From NCBI RefSeq assembly GCF_004010195.1, contig NC_057719.1, positions 35,335,596 to 35,390,582 of the forward strand: a stretch of DNA of 54,987 bases, written 5' to 3'. The notes beneath the pieces are model-generated. The model had not been told where the DNA came from. It did no database searches and saw only the letters and a program-made list of their open reading frames with translations. Of this stretch, positions 38,273 through 50,274 are shown piece after piece (the first letter of the stretch is position 1; each line of letters begins with the position of its first letter). The translations under genes were made by a program, and so were the position numbers. Source of the DNA: Chiloscyllium plagiosum. Its lineage: Eukaryota.

Positions 38273-40770
38273 ATAGAGTCAAGAGATGCAGCAAGGAAAC
38301 AGACCCTTCAATCCAACTCGTCCATGTTGATCAGATATCCTAAATTAATCTAGTCACACTTGTCAGCATTTGGTCGATATCCCTTTAAACCTTTCCTATT
38401 TATCTGCCCATCGAGATACCTTTTAAATGTTGTATTTGTACCAGCCTCCACCACTTCCTCTGGCAGCTCATTCCATACATGCACCACCCTCTGTGAAAAA
38501 GTTGTCCCTTAGGTCCGTTTTAAGTCTTTCCACTCTCACCCTAAACCTATGCCCTCTAAATTTGGACTCCCTTAACTCAGGAAAAAGATTTTGTCTTTAT
38601 ACCCAATCCAAGCCCCTCATGATTTTATGAACCTTGATAAGGTCACCCCTCCCTCCAATGCTCAGGGAAAAACAGACACAGCCTATTCAGCCTCTCTTTA
38701 TAGCTCAAACCCTCCAACTCTGGCAACATCCTTATAAATCTTTTCTGAACCTTATCAAGTTTCACAACATCCTTCCTATAGGAGGGAGACCAGAATTGCT
38801 CACAATATTCCAAAAGTGGCTTAACCAATGTCCTGTACACGCACAACATGACCTCCCAACTCTTGTACTCAATGCTCTGACTAACAAAGGAAAGCATACC
38901 AAACGCCTTCTTCACTATCCTATCTACCTGTGATTCATGCCTCCTAGTTCTGGACTTCCCCCACCCCAGTGAAAAGACCTTTTATATTTATCCTATCCAT
39001 GTCCTTCATGATTTAAAAAAACCTCTATAAGGTCACTCCTCAGCCTTTGATGCTCCAGGGAAAACAGCCCCAGCTTATTCAGCCTCCTTAGGACCTTACC
39101 ATTAAGTGTGTAAGTCCTGCTCTGATTTGCTTTTCCAAAATGCAGCACCTCACATTTATCTAAATTAAACCAGGACCTTACCATTAAGTGTATAAGTCCT
39201 GCCCTGATTTGCCTTTCCAAAATGCAGCCTCTTACATTTATCTAAATTAAACTCCACTGCCACTCCTCAGCTCATTGCCACATCTGATCAAGATCCTGTT
39301 GCGCTCTAAGGTAACCTTCTTCGCCATCCCTTACACCTCCAATTTTGGTGTCATATGCAAACATACTAACTATACCACCTATGCTCACATCCAAATTATT
39401 CATTTCAATGATGAAAAGCAGTGGACCCAGCACCGATCCTTGTGGCACACCACTGGTCACAGGCTTCCAGTCTGAAAAGCAAACCCTCCACCACCACCCT
39501 TTGCCTTCTACCTTCCAGCCAGTTCTGTATCCAAATGGCTAGTTCTCCCTGTATTCATGTGATCTAACCTTGCTAATCAATCTACCATGAGGAACTTTGA
39601 TGAACGCCTCACTCAAGTCCATATAGATCATGTCCACCGCTCTGCCCTCAATCTTTTTCGTTACTTCTTCAAAAAACTCAATCAAGTTAGTGAGACACAA
39701 TTTCCTCCTACAAAGCCAGGTTGACTCACCCTAATCAGTCCTTGCTTTTCGAAATACATGTACATCCTGTCCCTCAGGATTCCCTCCAATAATTTGCCCA
39801 CCACCAACGTCAGGCTCACTGATCTATAGTTCCTTAGTTTTTCCTTACCACCTTTCTTAAATAGTGGCACCATGTTAGCCAACCTCCAGTCTTCCAGTAC
39901 CTTGTCTCTGACTATCTATGATCCAAATATCTTAGAAAAGGGCACAGCAATCACTTCTTGGATTAGTGGTGCTGGAAGAGCACAGCAGTTCAGGCAGCAT
40001 CCGAGGAGCAGCAAAATCGACATTTCGGGCAAAAGCCCTTCATCAGGAATAAAGGCAGAGCCTGAAGTCCTCATATTCTCCTTCCCTGTAGGGTACAACT
40101 GATCAAGTCCTGGGATCTATCCACCTTTGTGCATTTCAAGACATCCAGCACTTCCTCCTCTGTAATATGGACATATTTCAAAAAGTCACCATCTATTTCC
40201 CCACATTCTATATCTTCCACGTCATTCTCCACTGTAAACACTGATGCAAAATATTTATTTAAAATCTCCCCCATCTCCTGCATGTGACACATAGGCTGCC
40301 TTACTGATCTTTGAGGGGTCCTATTCTCTCCCTAGTTAGCCTTTTGCTCTTAATGTATTTGTTTAATCCCTTTGGATTCTCCTTAACCCTAATTGCCAAA
40401 GCTATCGCATGTCCCCTTTTCACCCTCCTGATTTTCCTCTTAAGTATACTCCAAAGACTCACTTGATCACTACTGTCTATACCTGACATATGCTTCCTTC
40501 ATTGTCTTGACCAAAACCTCAATTCCTCTAGGCATCCAGCATTCCCAACATCAACCAGCCTTGCCTTTAAACCTAACAGGAACATTGTGTATCTGGACTC
40601 TCGTTATCTCAATTTCGAAGGCTTCCCATTTTTCAGTCATCCCTTTACCTGCGAACATCCACCTCCCAAACAATTTTTGAAAGCTCCTGCCTAATACCGT
40701 CAAAATTGGCCTTCCTCCAATTTAAAACATCACCTTTTAGATCCAGCTCATTCTCTTCCATCACTATTTA
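38273..40770 (-). mobile_element. Long CR1 (HER1-like) LINE, same family as 26910-30080, internally rearranged
   Basis: ORFs TSGVPQGSVLGPLLF, NMVPLFKKGGKEK..NYRSVSLT and EMGEILNKYFASVFT. Duplicated blocks at about 38935-39087 and 39087-39250. Confidence 0.9.
39959..40067 (-). mobile_element. PLE family A unit nested in CR1, hammerhead with CpG-type mutation
   Basis: Minus strand attc CTGATGA agggcttttgccc GAAA tg TC gatt. Same terminus as 15266-15376. Confidence 0.8.
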
Positions 40771-41485
40771 AATTTGCCTTCCTAACTGTCAACTGAACCT
40801 GCAATGTTAACCTTAAGAGAACCCTGAATTAGGACTCCCATGCCCCTTTGTGCTTCAGAATTCTGAAGCATTTTCCCATTTACAAAGTAGTTTACATCTC
40901 TTCGTACCAAAGTGCATACCTCACAGTTGTTAGACATATTGTACTTGCATTTCTAGAAGGCATCTGATAAGGTGCCACAAAGATTACTGCAGAAAACTTA
41001 ACAGTACAGGGGTTAAGGGATATTAGCATAAATGGAGATCAGAAACTAGAGGGTATGCCTAAGTGGGTTAGTTGAATTGGAAGAAGTCCCTCAGAGGATC
41101 TGTTTTGGACACTCAACTTTTTACAATTAACATCAATGACAATGAAGGGAACAAAGGCAGTGCAAATAAGTCCATAGACACCACCAAGATAGATATGTTG
41201 TGAAGATGACAAAGAATTTGCAGAAGGATAAAATAGGTTGAGCAAGTGGACATAAATTTAGCAGATGGCATATTCTGTGAGAAAATTTGAAGTTGCTAAT
41301 TTTGACAGGAAGAATGAAAAAGCAGTTAATTACTTCAATGGAGAAAGGTCACAGAAATCCAAGGTACAGAAAGGTTTGGGGTGTTCTAATGTACGAGTAA
41401 CAAAACATTCATTTACAGGTACAGCATGTAACCAAGGTGACTCATGGGATACTATTCTTTATAATGAGACGAACTGAACATCTCA

Positions 41486-42765
41486 TGATGAAAGATCAGA
41501 AACCCACAAAGTTGGTAGCCTTACATCTATAAGGAGATGTGGGAAAGCGCTCAACCACGCTGGGGGGCCCAATTGTTCAGAAGAATTGGGGATATCTGTT
41601 CTTAGTGTCAATGGATCCGTGGAAATAAGGTGATAACATTTGTTCACTTGTGGAATGTGTGGCAGTACTTCCTTCTTACGTCAGAGGCTGGAGGCACGTA
41701 TATTTCATAATGGGATGTCTGATATCTAAATTGCTGGTTTATATCAAAGACTCTTAACAAAACTCATAATCAATAGGAAAAGAACTTGTAATTTATTAAG
41801 TGGAGTGGAAAATGCATTTAATAGAACAATTCTGATACATTTTCATGTATACCACACTGACCAGATTTGAACTTATGAAGCTCAGCTCCCTCATTTTGAC
41901 TGTTCTGGGAAGTGACTGTCTCATTACCCTTACAGGCTAGGAACACACAAAGGCTCAAATTGGAAGATGTTAATGTGTGAGTGAGAGAGAGAAAACATTC
42001 TTGTGTAAGTTACATTCACTAACCGAAAGGTTCAAGGGACACAGAGAGAGGATGAAAACTGGTGGAAAGATTAACCCTTTATGGTCTGATATGAGTGAAC
42101 ACTGATTTGTCATGGATTGAATGTGTGGGATGTTCCCTGGAGCTCAAGATTCGGAAATGTTATGAATTTGTTGTATTTTGGGAATCTTAGATGATTTTAA
42201 AAGAAACAGCCATTTTGGAGGACAATAATACTGGACATGTTAGCTTAGCAAGATGACCCCATGACCTTTCTCACATAGTTTAGACTAGTCTCTCGTTACG
42301 ATAGCCAAAGCAATCGACCATTTGGCCCGGCTGGATCAAGGTTTCCAACTTTGATATGCATGTAGCTTAATTAGTCAAGACCTGTCAATGAGCTTCTCTT
42401 CCTCTGAAAACTTTTGCCATTTTATTGCTGCTTATCTGATTAAAGACATGTGGCGTTTTTGTAATTTTAATACCAAATTCTGCATAAAGACAGCTTGTTG
42501 GCAGCAATAAGGGCAGTCGCCTGAGTGAGCTCTTAGGGGTGAGAGCTAGTGCCGCTACTCTGCTAAAGGCTTTACAACCTTAGATCAAGCGTGGCTTGTA
42601 GGTATCTATGTTTAAGATGTAACATCGATGCCATTGGTAAATAAAAGTAATAATTTAAACCAAACTGTCTGTAAGAGTTTTGTAATCCAGACTACCAGAG
42701 AGTACGATCTCCGGGATGAACCAAGAGAGGCTACAGGTCGAGTTCATCAGGGATCCGCTGAGACA
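41486..42765 (+). mobile_element. Probable solo LTR (1280 bp)
   Basis: TG...CA ends, flanks tctca (41481-41485) and tctcg (42766-42770), AATAAA at about 42640. It abuts and appears to interrupt a decayed CR1 and has no convincing ORF. Confidence 0.5.
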
Positions 42766-43410
42766 TCTCGAATAGGCACTTTAACACCAGAACATAGTAA
42801 ACCACAGTACTTTGTTTTTATTTCATTAAATTCAAACCTAGAATGAGTAGCCTGTTTTGAGGACAACATCTGCTCACATTTTAAGAGTTCTTGTGGCACA
42901 GTGGTTGTTGCCATTGCAGTTTAGAGGAGTGAGGGGTGACTCAGCTGAAGTGGACATGATCCTGAATGATCTTGACAAGTTGGACATGGAACACACATCG
43001 CCTCTTGTGGGCGAGTACAAACCTGGGGATAATCATTTAAAAATTAGAAAAGAAATGAAGGAAAAGCTTTTCTCTGAGGATTCTACAATTTTGGAACTCT
43101 GCCTCAGAAGACAATGGAAAAGGGGTCATTGAATACTTTGAAGGGAGATGTAGATAGATTCTTATTAGGCAAGGAATTCAAAGGTTATTCAATCATAGAA
43201 TCCCTACAGTTTGGAAGCAGGCTATTCAGCCCATCGAGTCTACTCACAGAGCAGTATACAGACACACCGCCCTAGCCTATCGCTAACCACCGAGCCATTG
43301 TGTTATCCTATTGGGGAAGGACAAGAGAGAGAGGGTAGCATGTAGAATTTGGAATATAAGCAGGTCAATCATGATCTTATTAAATAGAAGAGCACGCTTT
43401 AAGGCTGAAT

Positions 43411-43574
43411 GGAACCGATTGACCCTGCATGGACTCCGGACTACGTTCAGACCAGCCACGTCCTCAAACAGACTCGCTACCACAGCCACATCTCTTTCCT
43501 CAGCACCTTTCTACGGGACCGACTGACCCCACATGGACTCCGGACTACATTCAGACCCCCAGGTCATCTATTCT
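43411..43574 (+). mobile_element. Short templated insertion, probably from a Penelope ORF N-terminus, inside a CR1 3' UTR
   Basis: Flanking ggctgaat repeats at 43403-43410 and 43575-43582. Peptide HVLKQTRYHSHISFLSTFLRDRLTPHGLRTTFRP. Internal 40-bp repeat at 43414-43453 and 43518-43557. Confidence 0.6.
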
Positions 43575-44860
43575 GGCTGAATAGACTACCCCTTCTCTTA
43601 ATTCATATGTTCGTAAAACACATATGTGGGATTAAAAACAATTTCATCAAGTAGAAGCGTGAATAAGGAAAATGAAAACCACTCCAAGCATTAAGTAGAA
43701 ATTGAGTTTTAAAATTTTGGGGGAACTGGGTGGCATAGTGGGTCAGAAAATAGCATATTCATTTCTAAGACGTGGGAACTTGTCAGCTGCAAGGATCAAA
43801 TGCCCCTTGAAGTCTCTTCCCATTGATATAGGCTTGCAATGCAACATATTCCACCATCAGACAAATTCAAACTACACTGTTAAATCCAGAAGTGACCAGA
43901 TAGAAAGTTAAACAATTTGTATAGGAGCACTTACAAAATGCTCAGCTGAGTTTGCATGAAATAATTAAAATTAAGTACCAAGCTAATTTCCCAGCTGTGT
44001 TATTTACTGCAAGCATCTGCTCACGTTTTAGAGTTCTTGTGGCACAGTGGTAGTGTCCCTAACTTTGCACCAGAAAGCCCAGCTTCAACTCATACCTGCT
44101 TCAGAAGGCGTGTTAATAACACATCTGAACCAGATGATTTAAAAACAAATCTGTTCCCATTTGCAACAATCCTGGATAATTTACTATTCAATTTACCCCA
44201 GAATCTTACAGTGAAGATACTTCTTCTACACAGCACTATAATAGGCGTGAATGACGCAACATGAGAAATGATAGTCATAAGTCCTCAGCTTGACATTTCG
44301 GTGCATCCTTGGCAAGTATATTTTAATAATAGCAAACAGCCTCACTGGCCCCATAGAAGAGAGAAAGGTGAGAATTTGCACTGAATTATCCTTTGTACCC
44401 CGAAGAAAACTACCATTTGAAACTAAAATTACACCAGGTAAAACACCCGAACATGTACAACTGTGTAGCGCTGTATATAAGTAGCAAACAGCATATGACT
44501 AATTTATGTTTCTTAATGTTACCCTCAGGACAGACATCTTAAATGTGACCCAAATGAAAAAAAATCATTGCTGTAACTACAAGATAAGATTTTGACAATA
44601 CAACTAATTTACATGCAGGCAAGGCAATACACAAATTATTCCACAACTAAAAAACTGTTTATAGACTCCTTGATGATCCAATCAGTACCAGAGGCACAGA
44701 TCAGAAAAGTTCAGGCTTAATGCCACCCTTTTCTAAGTCAACAGGTAACGGTGGTAAAAGGTTAAGGTGACAAAAGAAAAGGCATAAAACTGACCTCAGG
44801 GCTGAGTTGACAGAGATGAATAATGAAGACAGACAAAAGTCAGGGTTTGGGTTTCAGTGC

Positions 44861-46656
44861 ATCATCGATTTAAGATTGTTTTAAAACAAAATTTATACAA
44901 GTGAATAAAAGTAATTTGCCAGACAGAGTTCTGCCTTCATGTATCAGGATTTTAAAAAAGAATAATAGAAAATCTCGCAATAAGAACTTATTTAGCTCAT
45001 ACAGTCATAGTCATAGTCATACAGCATGGAAACAGACTCTTTGGTCCAACACGTCCATGCCGTCCTAGTCTCACCTGCTTGCTCCTGGCTCATATCCCTC
45101 CAAACCTTCTCTATTCATATACTTATTTAAGTGTCTTTTAGATGTTGTAACTGTACCTATATCCATCAATTCTTCAATCAAGATCTGATTTCAGGACCCT
45201 GATCACCTGTCTTTTTTAAAACCCCATATCCTTTTGGAACAGCTGACTGTGATAAGATTGCAGCTTGCTTCTGCCTTTTCAAATTCAGAATAGGTTTGGT
45301 CCACTTAGACATTGCAGTAACTTTTTTTTGTTCCTGCATCAGTGACAACTTTTGTTGAGGATTTTGGAGTGCAAACAACAGAGGAAAGAAGTAAGCATAG
45401 GCAGAAGTGAGCTCAGCTATGCTGTCCGCTGCAGTTCAGTAGTCTGGCTTCAGTTACTATTGAGGTTCATACATGAATAAAGGTCAATTGCATGAGTTAT
45501 TACGAAGTCCATGTGTTCAACACAGACGGGGGGGAACAAAGATCAGTGGGTACTGGATATCGGAAACGAAAACAGAAATTGCTGGAGAACTCAACAGGTT
45601 TGGCAGCATGTGAGGAGAGAAAGCAGAGTTAACATTTTGAGTCCACTGTCCAGAAATTTCTGTTTTTGTTCCATAAAACATTTGTTCTTTTAATTATGGA
45701 AATAAACTACATTCTCCAAAGATTCTCATCCACCAAACAGGCAGAAACATCTGTTGTGCAATAAAATAAGTACATGTTTGCCTTTCCATATTTTTCTGGT
45801 GTATACAGTGTGCTCATTACTGTTTGAAATAAAATACCCAAGACACTGAAAATTTGATTGTTGGAAGCTCTAAGATTCTAGTTGTCCACTTCATCATTAA
45901 CAATCCTGTGACTACTCGCAATAGACTGCTGAACCAATTTGGTTGCTCAGAAGAGTATTGTCTGTTATCTTGAAAGTCTTTTTTAAAAATAAACACTTGC
46001 TATGAACAACTTGCTTATGAATAAGCTTAAATGCTATATACCTGATGATAAATTATTTACATCGGTGGCATTTCTTGAATGCAAACTTTTTCTCAGGCAT
46101 GTACTTTCCTCTGCTGTTTGCAATTTAAAATCCTCAAAAGTTGTCACTGATGCAGGAACAAAAAAAGTTACTGCAACGTCTGAGTGGACCAAACCTATTC
46201 TGAATTTGAAAAGGCAGAAGCAAGCCACAATCACATCACAATCAACTGGACCAAAAGGATATGAGGTTTTAACAAAGACAGGTGGTCAAATTGGGAAATC
46301 AGACCTTAATTGAAGAAGTGGTGGATGCAGGCACAGTTACAACATCTAAAAGACACTTAAATAAGTATATGAATAGGGAAAGTTTGGAGGGGAAGGTTTG
46401 GAGGGATGTGGGCCAGGAGCAGGCAGATAGGACTAGTTTAGTTTGGGATTATGTTCAGCATGGACATGTTGGACCAAGAGTCTGTTTTCATGCTGTATGA
46501 CTATGACTGTATGAGCTAAATAAGTTGTGTTCTTATCGCAAGATTTTCTATTACTTTTTTTAAAATCCTGATACATGAAGGCAGAATTCTCTCTCTGGCA
46601 AATTACTTTTATTCACTTGTATAAATGTTGTTTTAAAACAATTTTAAATCGATGAT
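44861..46656. repeat. Long inverted duplication: arms 44861-45388 and 46104-46656, ~715-bp spacer
   Basis: The arms align as reverse complements throughout (atcatcgatttaa...gaggaaag versus ctttcctc...ttaaatcgatgat). Each contains the same CR1 3' tail. Confidence 0.93.
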
Positions 46657-48869
46657 TGAAAGTGACTTTCTTCTACAGCTGCTAAAACTTCTTAGGCAGC
46701 AATAGGGTTAATATCTACAAAAGCTTTGTCCAAGAGTGTTTTATGAAGGTGAATAGGTCATACTGAAGGGTGTGTACCTTTCCTTCTGCACTTGTGGAAA
46801 CAAAGCAAGCATAAGTTACACGCAAGCCATCATGCTTACAGCAAAAACAATTTCCCTGCTTTCTGTCGCTCTCAAGGGGACTCAGGAAATATCTGATACA
46901 ATTGTTGCATAGAAAGAAGTTGCTGTACACCTGTTGATCCTTACAATAAATCTCTAAAATTGTTCGTAGAGTTATATAGAGAAAACTAGTTTGAATTGCG
47001 GGTGGGTCATTTTGTGCCTTGGTGGAATCGTTTTGTAATCATTCTAACTTGTCTAACTAAAACTTATTTATTGCAAACTTACATTCTACATTGATGTAGA
47101 CAATGGTTCTCATCAGGTTAATACAGATAGTATAGTACAACACTCAAACCAACCCAAAAAAAAGGAACTTGAAGAATATAACTATACTCTAAACTCTTGA
47201 GCATAGCAGGAAAAGTAAATAAAGGTAGGCAAGAAAGTACAGAGATGTGCCCATTTGTTTGCAGAGGCATAAATACAAAGATCACAAAGGCTATTCTAAA
47301 ACTGCATAAAATACTAATTAAATTTCAAAGAAACTAACGTACAGCTCTGGTCACCTTGTTGCAGGAAGGAGATGACCACACTTAAGATGACTTACAAGAG
47401 ATTGCCAGGAATGGAGGAACTTATTTATGGTGAAAGATTAGAGAAAAATATAGAGCAGGACAAAGTCATTCAACCAGTTAAGGCTGCTCCACTGTTTCAC
47501 TGGATCATAACTGATTATCTACTTCCCATGCTATCCCCAAACCCCTTGATGTCATTAGGGTCCAGAAATATATAGTTTTCCGTCTTAAACATTTTCAACG
47601 ATTAAGCTTCTAAAGGTCTTCAAAGTTTGTAAACAAATTGGATGTTTACACTGGATGGTGAGTTTAGAACCACAGCTTCTAAAGGTCTCTTGATAGAGAA
47701 TTCCCAAAGATTTACCACAATCAAGAAAAGAACTTATGCCTCATCTCAATCCTAAACGACCTACTTCTGATTCTGAGACTCACCAGTCAGCTGTAACATA
47801 CTATCTATATTCAGCCTGCCGGGTCTTGCAAGAATAATTTAAGTTTGAATGAGATCACCTCTCATTTTTTGAAATAACAGATTTCCTCTGCCATACCCAT
47901 GATTAATCTGATCAAACAACATAACATTCCCTCTATGGCCAGTATACCCTTTCTTAGATAAGGAGACCAAACCCATACAATACTCCAGATGCAGTCTCAA
48001 GGTTTCTCACAAAAAAAACCTTGATTTCACCCCAAAATATATTTACTTTTGCATTCCTGATAAACAACCTAACCTATGTTTAAACTGAGGACGCTGAGGA
48101 CAGATTTGAGATCTATGAAAGTACAATACCTAGATAAAGTGGAAATGAGGGATCAATTTCCCCTAGCCCTCTGCTAAGGGTATGGATTTTATTTTTAAAA
48201 ATTGACTGAAGTTATAAGGAGTTCAAGAGACAATCATTCACTCAGAGATGACTGGCGTCTGGAATACACTGTCTCAAATGGGTGGAAGGCAGAAACTCAG
48301 TGCATTTACATTTAACAAATTGAATATGGACTTGACAACTATTAACAAAGAACTGCAGGTAGGATCAGACTGGGTAGTTTTTCTTCCAGTCAGCACAGAA
48401 CGAATGAGCCAAATGACCCCCTCTGTGTATATTTATTTTTACACTGTTTAACTATCCATAACACTAACTACCTAGTTCTTTTTCTGTTTCAGTCCAGCTA
48501 CCATTGAAATGGTCATTTAATTATTTGCCACCTCTGTACTTAGATGTTAAAAATAATCTCCTAATCCTTCAGACATCACACACCCTTCGTCTTCCATGAA
48601 CTTTACTTTATCAAAACTCTGTTGCATATACTTTATGCTGCAGAAGGTTCCAATTACATACCATGCCTGTTTTTGTTGACCTATATTAGTTCCTGGTATC
48701 CCAACACTTCCAATTTAAATTTATAACTCCAATGAACTGTTAATCTGGGTTTTAAAATCCTGCCATCCATTTTTAAATGCACCACAGCTAATTTACATAT
48801 TTATTCACACCCACACACTGGTTCCAAGAAGAATGCAGATGCACATGCCAGAAACAACATATTTAAAAA

Positions 48870-49735
48870 ATAAGGCCACAGCATGGGGGTCTACATATCA
48901 AGCAGTAGATGCAGCATCCAGAGCCAAGTGATCCTACAACCAAAGTTCAAATTGAAGTCTGTCACATCTAGTCTTGAATAATGTTGGACATTTAAAAAAA
49001 TAACGAGAAGGAAGGTCCACAATTTTCCCCTCCTTAATAATGAGGGAACCCAGAGTATCAATGCAAGAAACAAGGCTGAACTGTTGGCAACCATCATCAG
49101 CCAGAATTGCCAAGTAGATGAATCATCTCACCACCACCTGAAGACCACAGAATCACAGTCTTCAGCAATCAAATTCACTTTATCGCGTTATCAAGAAACA
49201 ACCAATGCTGCTTAATACTGCAAATCTCACGAGCCCGGATAAAATTCTGGCAACAATACTGAAGACATGCTCCAGACCAACCATGCACCTAGTCAAGCTG
49301 TTCCAATACAGTTATAACACCAGCGTTTACCCAACAAGGTTGAAGTCACACTTAGCGCAAAAAATGATGGCTATCATCTTAGTACCAGGACATCCAACTG
49401 GAGTTCCTCAGGGTGAGTATTTTCTAATCAACCTGTTCAGAGAGGTTAGTCATCTCTGGAGCAGATGGGACTTGAACATGGGCCTCATTGCCCAGAGGTA
49501 AGGAGGCTACTACTGTACCACAATATCCCACCTATCCTCGGTAGTGAACTTGATCCAACCATCTTCAGCTGCTTCAACCTTCTTTCTTCATTTCATCAGA
49601 AGGTCAGAAGCAGGAATGTTTGCAAATCACTATACTACTTAGCATCATTTGTGACTCCTGGATACTGAAGCAGTTCATGACCATATACAAGACCAGGATA
49701 ACATCCAGACTTTGCCTAATAAGCTAGAACATCCA
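48870..49735 (+). mobile_element. CR1/L2-group LINE fragment (second family), decayed
   Basis: PDKILATILKTC..LVKLFQYSYNTSVYP and GVPQG motifs. Confidence 0.7.
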
Positions 49736-49756
49736 TTCTACACATTGTGTACAGGC

Positions 49757-50131
49757 AGTCATTGTGCACAGGCAGTTATTTGGTGCACTGAAACCTTGGC
49801 ATTCGTGTCACACTCATTGATGACTCCTCACCACCAACACCCACTCCACTCCACTCCACTCCACTCCACTCCACTCCACTCCACTCCACTCCCATTCTCT
49901 TTTTTATGCATGCTCTCTCGGGCATGAGGGGGGTGTGGGTGCGAGGGGGCGCAGGTGGGAATGAGGGCAAGACAACGTGCAAAAAAGCACACGAGAGTGC
50001 GCACCACAGAGCGGGAGAGCGCACGCACGAGAGAGGGAGAGAGAAAGACGGGATGGGGAGGGGGTCATCAATGAGTGTGACACAAATGCCACAGTTTCAG
50101 TGCACCAAATAACCGCCTTTGCACAATGACT
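49757..50131. mobile_element. MITE-like element with ~72-bp terminal inverted repeats and internal (CCACT)n
   Basis: 49757-49828 agtcattgtgcacaggcagttatttggtgcactgaaac...cactcattgatgactcctc is the reverse complement of 50059-50131, with few mismatches. Confidence 0.85.
49841..49892 (+). repeat. (CCACT)10 pentanucleotide microsatellite
   Basis: Read directly from the sequence. Confidence 0.95.
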
Positions 50132-50274
50132 CTATAATTAATCCAAGAAAATACCTCTCTAGGTTTGATTATTCAATTCATTTCTGGAGACAGAAAATAT
50201 TAAAAGCCTTTTATACGGACCAGAAATTCTTAGTCACCTGATCAGGATACCATCCACAGTTCAAACCCTTATGC

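Noticed and set aside
45178..46313. Duplicated small protein gene (WTKPILNLKRQKQA in two ORFs)
   Set aside because: The similarity is a by-product of the inverted duplication. The frames differ at their ends and show no coding signature.
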